Of a DNA stretch of 64,000 nt, positions 18,733 through 29,786 are shown piece after piece. Source of the DNA: the human T2T-CHM13v2.0 reference genome, Homo sapiens. Every line of letters begins with the position of its first letter. Position 1 is the stretch's first letter. The DNA lies in NCBI RefSeq assembly GCF_009914755.1, contig NC_060947.1. The stretch is one strand, 5' to 3'. The notes under the pieces were generated by a model, which was given only the letters and a program-made list of their open reading frames with translations, was not told where the DNA came from and made no database searches. The position numbers were made by a program, and so were the translations under genes.

Positions 18733-19487
18733 TGATTCTCTGAACTGGTTGCTCCATTGTACACCTTTCGTAAGTACATTGAGCTCAGGGAGGGGAGTCA
18801 ATTGGTGTACAAAGTCAGAGGTGCGGCAGATGCCTTAAAAGGCATCCCTGTCCTCTCCTTGTCTTAAAAGCAGTGGGAAAAGGCTGCACAGAATGTGAAG
18901 CTTAGGAGTTTTGTAGTAAAGGATAGTTTTTGAAGGTAATTTTTGTACATTCTCATCTGATCCTTAAAACAAGCCTGTAAAAAAGGTAGACTGTGCTTTG
19001 CTGCAGAACTTTGCTTTGAAAACAGGGTTTAAAGAAGAGACTGTCAGTGCCAGCTAGCTGGGACTAGAACCCAAGGGAGGAGTGGCTGCCAGTTCACAGT
19101 TGCTTCCAGGGGCACACACTCCCTCCCTCCTTCCTCTATTTCTCTTCTTGCCTTCTGTGTCCCAATTCTAGTCCTAGCAGATGGATTACTCTGTCCACTT
19201 AACACACCTGCTAAGTCTTGCTTGAATTACTCTAACATATGAATGTTCCTTGGACTCTTGGTTAATTCAAGTCCAAAGCACAGGACACTTGCCAATTAAT
19301 ACCTTCCTTCATTGAGATGACATATTTGTCTTCCTTTGATGATAGCAATGACTTCAATTTTAAAAATTAGTCCTCTGGCATACAGGCTGTACTTGAAGGA
19401 TCGGGATTAATATTAGTGCATTTTTAAAACACTTAAAAGTTTTACAAATGTATTTGTGTATTTTCTGTTTTGGTGCCTGTTTTATAG

Positions 19488-19853
<366 letters not shown>

Positions 19854-20151
19854 TAAGGTAAAAGATTTAAGAGATTTTAATTTGTAAAAGTTGGGGTGGC
19901 TCATTAAGAAAGAAAAGATCTATCAAATGCATTAATACTGACATTAATATTTTATGTAAGTCTGAAGTATTATGGGTGTTAAATGCATACCCTATAGTTT
20001 ATTTTGATGTGCTTGCTAAATTTCATGTTTAAAAGTCACCTCTTTTTTAGACTTTTAAATTACATATATATTTCAAAAATGGTTCTTAAAGTATTTCATG
20101 AAATTAATGCATATCTAATTTCAAAATTTTCCACCCTCTCCATGTAATCAG

Positions 20152-20219
20152 AGCTCAAAAAAGATGGTCCAAGAAGGCTCCCTAGTGGACACGCTGCAAT
20201 CTAGTGACAAAGTCGAAAG
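20152..20219 (+). CDS. OFD1: OFD1 exon 22 (68 nt)
   Basis: taatcag|AGC TCA AAA AAG ATG...GAA AG|gtacct; SSKKMVQEGSLVDTLQSSDKVE. Confidence 0.95.
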
Positions 20220-20499
20220 GTACCTGTTTTCCCTACACACTTTCATACACAAACTGTTAATTGCTTATTTTGTCAGCCAAGAGAAACAGATGTTTGAGAT
20301 TGCCTGTAAGAAGTTATTGAATCAGTCAAAATTAGTGACTATAAAAACAATTGAGTTTTTTGACTTGTGAAATTGATCCTGATATAAATTGTAAACTAGG
20401 GCAGAAACCCCCCAGGGAAGGAATTGAGAACATTATGAAGATAGCAAATAAACTTGACACAAATTTTTACATTTTAATTTTTATCTTTCCCTAATTTAG

Positions 20500-20542
20500 T
20501 TTAACAGGCTTTTCTCATGAAGAACTAGACGACTCTTGGTAA
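20500..20542 (+). CDS. OFD1: OFD1 exon 23 coding part, ends at TAA
   Basis: taatttag|T TTA ACA GGC...TGG TAA; SLTGFSHEELDDSW*; closes the 2211-nt spliced frame. Confidence 0.95.
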
Positions 20543-20636
20543 CCATGTTTGCTGCCCAGCTTCTAACTTACATACCGTGAGAAGTTACGTAACATTTACT
20601 CCTTTGTAAATGTTTCCCTATCATCAGACAAAACTC

Positions 20637-20642
20637 AATAAA
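20637..20642 (+). terminator. OFD1: OFD1 proximal polyadenylation signal
   Basis: AATAAA about 95 nt after the stop, followed by GU/U-rich tgtgggttttttt. Confidence 0.7.
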
Positions 20643-20765
20643 AATGTGTGTAATCCAATGTGGGTTTTTTTTTCCATAATTAATTTTGATACCATAGTGT
20701 GTGAACCAAGAATAATCTAGTCACGTGAAACCTCTTCTCCAGTCATAGTATTTCTCATTCATTAT

Positions 20766-20771
20766 AATAAA
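20766..20771 (+). terminator. OFD1: OFD1 distal polyadenylation signal
   Basis: AATAAA followed by U-rich ttatttttgtctt. Confidence 0.7.
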
Positions 20772-21023
20772 AGTAACTGGCTTTTAACCTCCTTATTTTT
20801 GTCTTAAATTTATAAATGAGTATAACCTATCTTACTGCTCAACTGCAGGCCTACATTTTGGAAGTATAAGCTGTGTTCTTTCCTCTCCAAAGTTGGGCTG
20901 CCACCTGTAAAACAGGAGGTCATTTTTCCTAGCACACTCCTGTTTTGTCCCTGAACATAAAAACAGATTTTTCTAGGCATTAGAAATAGTAAGAAAGATA
21001 CTGCCTCTGGTCTTTACTTCTGA

Positions 21024-21406
21024 TGTCTGTGGTTTGTATGTATGTGTCCCTCCAAAATTCATATGTTGGAATTTAAACCCCCCCCGTGTGATAGAATTAA
21101 GAGGTGGCACCTTTTGCAGGTGACTAAGAGTGGGATTAGTGACCTTATAAAAGGGCTCAATGGAACTAGCTAGGCCCTTTTGCCCTTGCACCATTTGAAG
21201 ACACTGCATTGATCCCCTCTGGAGAACACAGCAACAAGGCACCATCTTGGAAGCCGAGACCGGGCCTTCACCAGACATCGAACCTGCCAGTGCCTTCCTT
21301 GATCTTCGACTTCCCAGCCTCTAAAACTGTAAGAAATACATTTCTGGTCTTTGTAAGTTACCCAGTCTAAGGTATTTTGCTATAGCAGCAGGAACAGACT
21401 GAGATA
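21024..21406 (+). mobile_element. MaLR solo LTR (MST/MLT1A-like) between the OFD1 and GPM6B 3' ends
   Basis: gtgtccctccaaaattcatatgttg...cagcaacaaggcaccatcttggaagc...gacttcccagcctc...tattttgctatagcagc. Confidence 0.85.
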
Positions 21407-22389
21407 GCATCTTTATTATGGAACCTTTGGTCCTCATACTTAATGAATGGGCGTATTTCCTTTGTTTTTAAATGAATGGGCTCCTTCCCTATAATTGACT
21501 TCATCTCTTAAAAAATCAAGTTTTACAAGGCAGAACTGGAAAAAAATCTCTACTGAACCCTCTAAAGGGTCCTAGGTTTCGTGGCAGGATCACTATGGGT
21601 AATTAAGAGGCTGCTTGTGATTTTATCTAACCATTATTTACAGTTTTCCTCTGGTGACTCATGTGACTTAAATAATTGCACAAAATGCTACTTAAACAGA
21701 AGATACTAAGTAGTGTGACAAATAGCACACTAATTGAGCCTCCTGATTGTTCTGCCATGCATGAAGGAAGGGTGATGATCTAGAGTCAGCACCTCATTTA
21801 GGAATGGCCATGTGTCAATAGTGACAAAGGCTGGGCCTCACTAAGAAAGGTCAGACGCAGAGAATCCAAATGCATAATCATGTTGAGAGGTAAGAGTTTA
21901 AACAGATTATAAAATAAAATCCTAAGTAACATATTTAGCTTGGCTACTCTAGAGAGTCAACTGTTAGAACTAGGTTTTTTTGTATTCCAGAGTAAATCTT
22001 TCAATAGACTTTTGTACCTTTGGTTTGAAAAATAACTACACACATGCCCTTATTTTGTTTCTGCTTTGCCCACGTTTAAGCTTTGTTGATCCTATAGGTA
22101 GATGGCATTTATTTGTTGAAAAACTAGTCAGAAAAATTCTTACTTTATAGAGAACTACAGACGTGCTAGTGGCACTTTTATGCCCAATACAGCCCAGTGG
22201 ATTATTTAATATTTTCTTTAATTGCTGAAGAGATTTTTGCCAGAAATAAAACAATTAGCACTCACAGATTTGATTTCCATACCAATGTGAAATCTTGACT
22301 CTGCACATTATTCAAAAGTGAAACCATACTGAGAACAAAGAAAGATAGGATTTATGTATGGTAAAAAGGCAAGTGAATGAAGCTATAAT

Positions 22390-22395
22390 TTTATT
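22390..22395 (-). terminator. GPM6B: GPM6B distal polyadenylation signal (candidate)
   Basis: plus TTTATT = minus AATAAA at the end of a ~1.9 kb AT-rich 3'UTR; other minus AATAAA at 22484, 23235 and 23870. Confidence 0.6.
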
Positions 22396-24315
22396 TCATT
22401 ACTCTTAGTACATCCACAACTATTTCCACCTAAATAGATCTTTAAAATAAGCATACACAAGTATTGACTATTATCTACAAATATTTATTGTAACACTTGA
22501 ATAGAACTACAGGAAGCCCTTGGCACTGATAGAAAATATTGATTCACTGTTAGGTTACAAAAATTTATACATAGCAAAATTTAATGCTCTTTACATAAAA
22601 AATATTAGACTACTTAAACAAAACTTTCAAAAATTCCTGGTAATAGCTACCAGAATTAGAAAAGTAAAATTAGGCTTTAGACACTGCCTCTTCTAGAACA
22701 CTGGACTCTGACAGCACCTCCACTGCTGGAAAGAATAGTTAAATCTGTCATGCAACAGGAAAACAAAACACTAAGCTATTTTGGAACAACTGTTCTACAC
22801 AGAAGAGAGCTTCTCTTAATTTAAAAAAAAAAAAAAATCCCAAATAGGCATTTTTAGGCATTAACCAAAAAAGAGAATCCAAATGAAATATTATACTTGA
22901 TGTTCAATTTTAATAGCATCTTGATAAAGGTATGCTTCCTTTCATTTGAATACATTTCTGCACATGTATGTTATAAAATCCAGGAAACAGCCAAACCACA
23001 AGTTAACTCTTAACAATGAATATACATAGTTAACCCTATAGTAAGCAGCCCCTTTGAAAAGCACTGATGCACCCAACAGTTATATGGATCATTTCATAAA
23101 GAGCAACACAAAGTTTACCATCACTAATACCCAGTACCTACAGTCACTTAATGTTCTGGAACACAATAATGTAAAAGGCAAGTTTCTTTTGAAAATGGCT
23201 TAAACTCAAGCAGTTCTCTTGCTGAACATCAAACTTTATTATTCCAGGAAACTAAGATTTAGATAAGAAAAAAATGAAATACCAACCCTAATTTAAATTA
23301 CTTAAGTATTCAAGTCTATAAAAGTAGGAGGTTAGAGGTCTGTGGTCAATTTGCAATTAGGTTTTAGATAGTTGGTATGAAACTGTAAACTTCGTATCCA
23401 GACCACTGAAAAATGGTTTAGAATGGTGGTCATTTTAATAAGGTAACACTTCTTAATAATTAAGAAAAACATTTATGGAACAAAATTCTGTGAAAGATAT
23501 TTGGGTCTCTAGTTATGATATAAATTCTTAGAAATTTAAAGCAAATACTCATTAAGGCAAAGCTGACATTTCTCAAGAATAATGAAAATTGGATCAGTAT
23601 TTTGTTAAAATGAAATCTGTTATAAAATTGCTTCTGGAAAGCTTGTCAGTGAGTCCAGCATCCAGATTCTTTAATAGTAGGGTCAGCAGAATTGTAGCTA
23701 ATTTTAGCATTATTGAAAAATATATTTCTGATTGGCTCAGGAAATTAATGGGTCCTGGACTTGGGAGGGAAAAGCTAGTTTGAGAAATCAATCATAAGAA
23801 TCACATTATCTTTGATCCAAAGTTTAATAAATGTCAGCTGTCAGAAATGGAACTTTACATCAATTCCATTTTATTTCCTATGTAGATAACACTTGAGGAC
23901 AGATGGCATATATGTGAATTTACGGTCTTATCCCTTGATGCTGGGCATGTCACAGGTCCTTATTAAGGAGTCACAGGTCCCTATTAAGGAGTGTGACATA
24001 TTCCATTGAGTGTCTTGGTAGAATTGCCCTAGCAATAAATGTGAACATGCCACAAATTCCCAAAGTATGAACGATCATTTTGTCAAAGTGTTGCCTTTTA
24101 AAATGGCTAACATGAAACCTCCAATATTTGTTCTAAAGAAAAAGATTTACCCACTGGAAGGTTTTCCTAGAGATACATCCCAGCAGCTTGAGACAGACAG
24201 TGAAGTGTTTGTACATCTACATTAGTTTGGTGGGATACACATCTGTACTGCAGAGCAGCTGTCTGATGATTTGTCAGAGCTGTAAATACGTCGGCCGAAA
24301 CACTCTGGCAAACAT

Positions 24316-24465
24316 TTATGTGTAAGAATTGAGTTGTTCTTTTGACCGAGACTGGATATCTTGCAGTTCCTGTTCTTCCTTTGCTTTGATATCCTGGTAA
24401 GCCTGCATTTTGCTCGCATCCTTTAAGTAAGCCCAGTTAGAAGACAGTATCATGAGGAAGTGGAT
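24316..24465 (-). CDS. GPM6B: GPM6B distal last exon (M6A-like C-terminus)
   Basis: minus cttctcttccag|ATC CAC TTC...ACA TAA; IHFLMILSSNWAYLKDASKMQAYQDIKAKEEQELQDIQSRSKEQLNSYT*. Confidence 0.95.
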   Translation of the reverse strand: MHFLMILSSNWAYLKDASKMQAYQDIKAKEEQELQDIQSRSKEQLNSYT

Positions 24466-24908
24466 CTGGAAGAGAAGGGTGAGCATGATGGCTAGTGAGC
24501 ATTGTGAGAAGGCAAAGCGAGGCGCTAGTTAGATTAGACAGACTTGACTTTAAAGGGGCGAAGGTTAATTCTGTATTAATAAATACTCGCTCTACTAGCA
24601 GAGCTGTCAGATCCTGAAAGCATGCTCTACTAGTTGGCTTCGCATTAAAAGGCTGAAGAAAAGTTAGTATACAAACATAGTGAACTGGAAAAAAATGGCC
24701 AAAGGTATTGTTAAGAAAAAGCAAAAATGAAATACGAGAGGGTGCTTTTTTTTTTTTTTTTTAATACCATTTTGAGAGTAATTTTAAAGACTAATGCGAA
24801 AGTTCGGGAGCACATTGTATATTTGAAATAAGTGTAGTGTGTGCAAAGACCATTTTCTACCTGTGGATAAAAATCAATTCCCCCAAAGGCCTAAAAGCAT
24901 GAACAATG

Positions 24909-24914
24909 TTTATT
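24909..24914 (-). terminator. GPM6B: candidate polyA signal for the proximal GPM6B last exon
   Basis: minus AATAAA about 1.07 kb past the 25982 stop and about 445 nt before the distal exon acceptor. Confidence 0.5.
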
Positions 24915-25385
24915 TTGAGTAAATAATTAAACTACATATTTAACATGGAAAAAATTAAATGAATGTCAAAACCAAAATTAAGAACTATAAGCAAAGCATG
25001 CAGTCTCTGTTAACAAAACTTAGTTGTGAAACTACATTTTTCATTTTGTAAATGCCATTATTTCATTTCATAAAATGTAAAAATCCTCAGTATCATTCTT
25101 TACACTTGATGCGGCAAACACTTCTTTCCTATTTTCCTCGTATTTCCTGCAAAATAAATCTACATCTCAAGTTCCTTATAGTTCATACTTTCTTCTCAAC
25201 ATATTTGAGACCTTCAGGTCCAGGCCTATTTTCTCTTCCCGTTAAAATCTTACATGCAGCTTGAGAACTAGCTATGAGGAAACAGTTAGTTATTACTTAC
25301 CAAAACACACAATTTAAGGTTACCAATTTTGTGGGCTCTAACAGAATGATTGTGTTGTACCAAAAAAAAAACTACCCACATATAA

Positions 25386-25416
<31 letters not shown>

Positions 25417-25981
25417 TCCAGAGAACTGGGTGACCTTTTTCTTCAAATTTTCATCTGGCTTATTTGAGGGTCATTTGGTAGTGAACCATGTGATCATAAA
25501 AAAATTGTTTTCAATTTAGAACATATTTGCAAAGTATTTTCCAGGTGTGACAAAACAAAATCCAGATTAAAACGGTTCTCTTCCATTTCATCTTCAGCAC
25601 TTGTTTTCATTTTCATCATTGAAACTGGTTATCAGGCAATCAAAAATAACAGAAAATGTAAGTATTCCAAAGTGTTAATAATTCATTTAAAGATACTGCT
25701 CTCTAATGTTTAAGTATGAGAACATTATTTTAAAAAGGATGCTCACCACTGTCAGTAAATAACTGAATCCTTTTCAAAATGTGGAAATAGCCACCAGATC
25801 TCATTATTGTGTAATTCATGTACAGTAAGTCATCTTATTAATCTACCATGCAAGGTGAGTTTACTAAAGCTATTTACAAATTACTGTAACAAAATTGCAG
25901 AAACCTAGACTCTGCTTTAGTCTGGAGTGTCAGTGATATTTCATGCTACAGAGCATAGCTCTCTAAAACTCCTTATGCAAT

Positions 25982-26062
25982 TTAGAATTTAGTGCAGCAA
26001 TCTTCCCGACTCTTAAACTTCAAAACCGCATAGTTATATGTAGTAGCCATCATGTAGATCAG
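25982..26062 (-). CDS. GPM6B: GPM6B proximal alternative last exon (PLP/DM20-like C-terminus)
   Basis: minus ttttgttctcttccaccag|CTG ATC TAC...TTC TAA; LIYMMATTYNYAVLKFKSREDCCTKF*. Confidence 0.93.
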   Translation of the reverse strand: MIYMMATTYNYAVLKFKSREDCCTKF

Positions 26063-26643
26063 CTGGTGGAAGAGAACAAAACAGGACAGTAAGATACAGG
26101 CAGTGAGGGCCGATGCCATGACACTTCTAAACTTGGGTGGGGACGGGTGCCTGCTCATAGTCTAAGGTGTTTTTTTCCCACTTAAAATCACAACAGACAA
26201 TTTTCCTATCTAGCACACACAAACTTTTTCTCATCACACATGTACAATGTAAGTCATTGGTTCTGCCCTCAGTGAGTTTACTAAAAGGACTTGGATGCGT
26301 TTCAAGAATAACAAGACAGAGAGCTGGGTCAACAGCATGAGAAGGATGAAGCTAAATGCCTTAATCCTCTCATCTTTCCAAAACCACCTGCTCAGCAGCA
26401 GGCAGTTATCTTTCCTCCCTGTTGCTCAACCAAAAGAACAGGTCACCCCATGATTTTAAAGGTGGTTTTTTTCATAGATTCTAAGGGGATTTAATGGTCA
26501 GAAAAACTGGGAATGAATAATTTACAAGCAGCTGAGATTTTTCCCTTGCTCTACCAATCTTAGTTGGTTTTCCTGAAATCACAAACCAAGCCCTCCAAAA
26601 TTACATGTATACAAACATACATACATAAGAGCGTGTATTTATA

Positions 26644-27278
26644 CAGTTGATTTTCATTACTTGTAGATTCCACATTTGTGACTGCCTACTTGCTAAGATT
26701 CATTTGTAATCCTTAATACTTGAGGCACTTCTTTCGCAGTTATTAGCAGACATGTGCAGAGCGGTGAAAGTTGAGTTGCCCGGTATGCACATTCCCAGCT
26801 GAGGCTGAACAAGGCAATACTCTGCCTTCTTGTTTCAGCTCTCAGACTGTAAATAAGTATACTCGAAGTATATTTAGTGCCACGTTTTTCACATTTTTGT
26901 GCATTTTGTGGGTGATTTTGCTGCTTAAAATGGCTCCCAAGCATAGTGCTGCAGTGCTGTCTAGAGTCCCTAAGTGCAAGAAGGTTGCAAACTGCCTGAC
27001 CAGAGAAAATGTTCATTAGAGAAGCTTCATTCAGGCATAGGGATAGAGCTATTGGCCATGAATTCAATATTAAGGAATCAACAATATATATTAAATACGG
27101 TGTATTTACACAGAAACACACGAAACAAGCTTATGTGTTGATAGGTTGCTGAAAATGATGTGACCAGAGGCTCACAGAAACCTAGCCATGTATTTCCCCT
27201 AGGAGCAGTGGTCCAGCATTCGCTAATTCATTGCTTGAGGTGACTTTATGGAACACAGCTACCCTGTATGAGTGACTA
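26644..27278 (+). mobile_element. TcMar-Tigger DNA transposon (MER82-like)
   Basis: TA-flanked cagttgattttcattac...cccagctgaggctgaacaagg...ctctgccttcttgtttcagctctca matches the recalled MER82 consensus. Confidence 0.75.
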
Positions 27279-27675
27279 TATAAATGTATGTATATGTGCA
27301 TATCTCCACTTGTAAATTAATATCCCTTGGCAAAGAAATGGGTAATGCCTCACGTGAGCATTGCATCTGTCTGCGACTGAAGTCATGAAGCTAAGTGCTC
27401 AGTGCAACAAGGTAATATGCTAGGCCTAGTTGATAGGTGTTGATACCCTCTTTTCTTTCCAGAGTCCAAATTACATCACCTACAATCAGTGCCAAGGCAA
27501 CCAACTAATACTTTCTGTAAACTACATGTGGTAAGTTAACACAGGCGCCAGTTAACCAAGGTTGAGTGCCAGAATCATTGGCTTCAATAGGCTGGTAAAA
27601 GCTGGAAGGGAAATCTGTCATTTAGAAGCTGGAGGGAGGAGGCTAGACTAGGGTGGTCTTGGGGCCATTACTCAC

Positions 27676-27741
27676 CAGGGCAATGACGGTGGCACCAGCT
27701 CCTGCACAGGCCACAATGAACAGGTGATAGGACATGTAGAA
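27676..27741 (-). CDS. GPM6B: GPM6B exon 7 (66 nt), start of TM4
   Basis: minus ttcttttgtag|TTC TAC ATG...GCC CTG|gtgagt; FYMSYHLFIVACAGAGATVIAL. Confidence 0.96.
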
Positions 27742-27884
27742 CTACAAAAGAACAGGGCATCAACATAAGCATTTGATGTTAAATGAAATGGCCTACACTC
27801 ATTGTGGGGTGCTGCTTCATCTGTCTCCTTTGCAGCTCTTCTCTGCAAGACTGGGCACAGGCCTGCCTTCTCTTCATGCTCTGG

Positions 27885-28050
27885 CCTCATGGTGGAATCA
27901 CCCGAGGAGCTTTAAAAACTTTCTGATGCCCAGACTGCCCCCCAAATCGATTAAATCTGAATACCTAAGGGCTGGGCCTCAGCCATCAGTATAACATAGT
28001 GCTGCCTTGATGGCTGTAACATGCAGCCACGGTGGGGAGCCCTGCTTCAA
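27885..28050. mobile_element. MER5A-like hAT MITE
   Basis: gaatcacccgaggagctttaaaaac...gatgccc...attaaatctgaat. Confidence 0.6.
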
Positions 28051-28789
28051 GCCACTGCATATTATGGATATACAAATTGACAAGTCAGATAGGGTAGGAG
28101 CTGATTATTTCTGTAACTCACTGCTTCTTAAAAGCTTGCCAGGATTTTCTTAAATATACAAGCACCTACGAATGCATTTAAGAATTTTCCTTTATAAACA
28201 GTTACAAGCCAATGACTGAAGAATGTTCTAGGGCTGAGACAATTTAAACCAAATTGTTAGGACACACTCCCTAGTAAGGACGAATGAGAATTAGAGAAGT
28301 AGCAAGTCATTCCAGAAATATAAATGATTAACTGTGGCCTCATTTATTAAAAGTTGGGTATATACACAAATTCCTCTATGAAATAGAGGGACTCCTCTAT
28401 GAAAATTAACTTACATCCGTTCTGTGACAGGTGTTCTACTTTGAAAATCTTTCAAAGTAGAAAGAGTAGAAGTAGAAGAGGTGAGAGAAGAATCTAGATA
28501 TATTATTAGATTTCTAGGTTTGGGATCACCTCTAAATTATTGCCCAAAGGAAAAGCCCTCCACTTCTTAAGGATTCTCACCAAATGTGTTGGACCATATG
28601 AAGTGACCATTTTTGTAGGTCAAAAATGGCTGAATAGTGATGGTTACATATAGCTCTATCTTAAAGATTCTAAACAAGGAGCTTTCCTTAATGGCATTTT
28701 AACCATCTCTCTCGCTCTTTCTACAGCTGGGAGAACCCTTTTTTCTCAGCCTAATACTCAAGGGTTATTCTGAACTGTGATGAGTTTAC

Positions 28790-28863
28790 CTCGTTTGTGT
28801 TGCAGATGTTCTCCAGGGCAGAGCCACATATTTTTCCGGGGAAAGCATTCCAAGGAATGATAC
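28790..28863 (-). CDS. GPM6B: GPM6B exon 6 (74 nt)
   Basis: minus ttttacag|GT ATC ATT CCT TGG...GAG|gtaaac; [25 protein letters not shown], the proteolipid PWNAFPGK signature. Confidence 0.97.
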
Positions 28864-29490
28864 CTGTAAAATGAACCCCAATAGGATGTTAGTACAAACT
28901 ATAGCGCCTCATGTTCTTAACAGACCCCACCACTTCGGATGCCAGTTACAGTGTAATTGTAGGCTATGTTCTTCATTAAGAATTGATGGATCTGCTGTCT
29001 GCAGAACAAGCATTTTGGAATAAATAGCCCCATTTGAACAATAGGCCAAAAGCAAAGCCAACTAGTCCATAAGAGATTTAAACAGCCTGATATTTTTTTC
29101 CCCTACAAATTGTGCTTTATTCAGTGAGGGTTCACATTTGGAAGTTCATATTTGTAAACATTAATTTTCAAAGCCAGGCTTTCCCTATAGTTACTGCAGG
29201 ACAACCCCCTCATAAAGCATTTTATCACATTGAGGTCAAAATACATTTCCTCATGAATGCTGTGGTCTGTGGCCTTGCTGTCCAAGCTCTGTTACTGGTC
29301 TGCCAGGAGTTAAGTTCCAAAATTGCAAGTATACACTCAAACTTTCATGGCAATTTGACGGAGTAATTTATGTTTGTGGGAATCCAATAAAAAACTCTGG
29401 ATTTGTACTTTGTCTTTGTTTTTATATTCATTTTTATTATGTCTTATAAACGTATTAGAAAATATTTTTGGACTGAAAATCAAATTGGTT

Positions 29491-29786
29491 TGTTTTTTTT
29501 TTTTTTTGAGACAGTCTTGCTCTGTCGCCCAGGCTGGAGTGGAGTGCTGCAATATTGGCTCACTGCAGCCTCCACCTCCCGGGTTCAAGCAGTTCTCTGC
29601 CTCAGCCTCCCAACTAGCTGGGATTACAGGTGCCTGCCGCCATGCCCAGCTAAGTTTTGTATTTTTAGTAGAGACGGGGTTTCACCATCTTAGCCAGGCT
29701 GGTCTTTGAACTCCCGACCTCGTGATCCACCCGCCTCAGCCTCCCAAAGTGCTGGGATTACAGGCATGAGCCATCGTGCGTGGCCG
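29491..29786 (-). mobile_element. Alu (AluS-like)
   Basis: poly-T then antisense Alu. Confidence 0.92.

Noticed and set aside
20720-20728. GTCACGTGA (CLEAR/E-box-like) in the OFD1 3'UTR, and CTCACGTGAG near 27348
   Set aside because: Isolated short motifs with no supporting context
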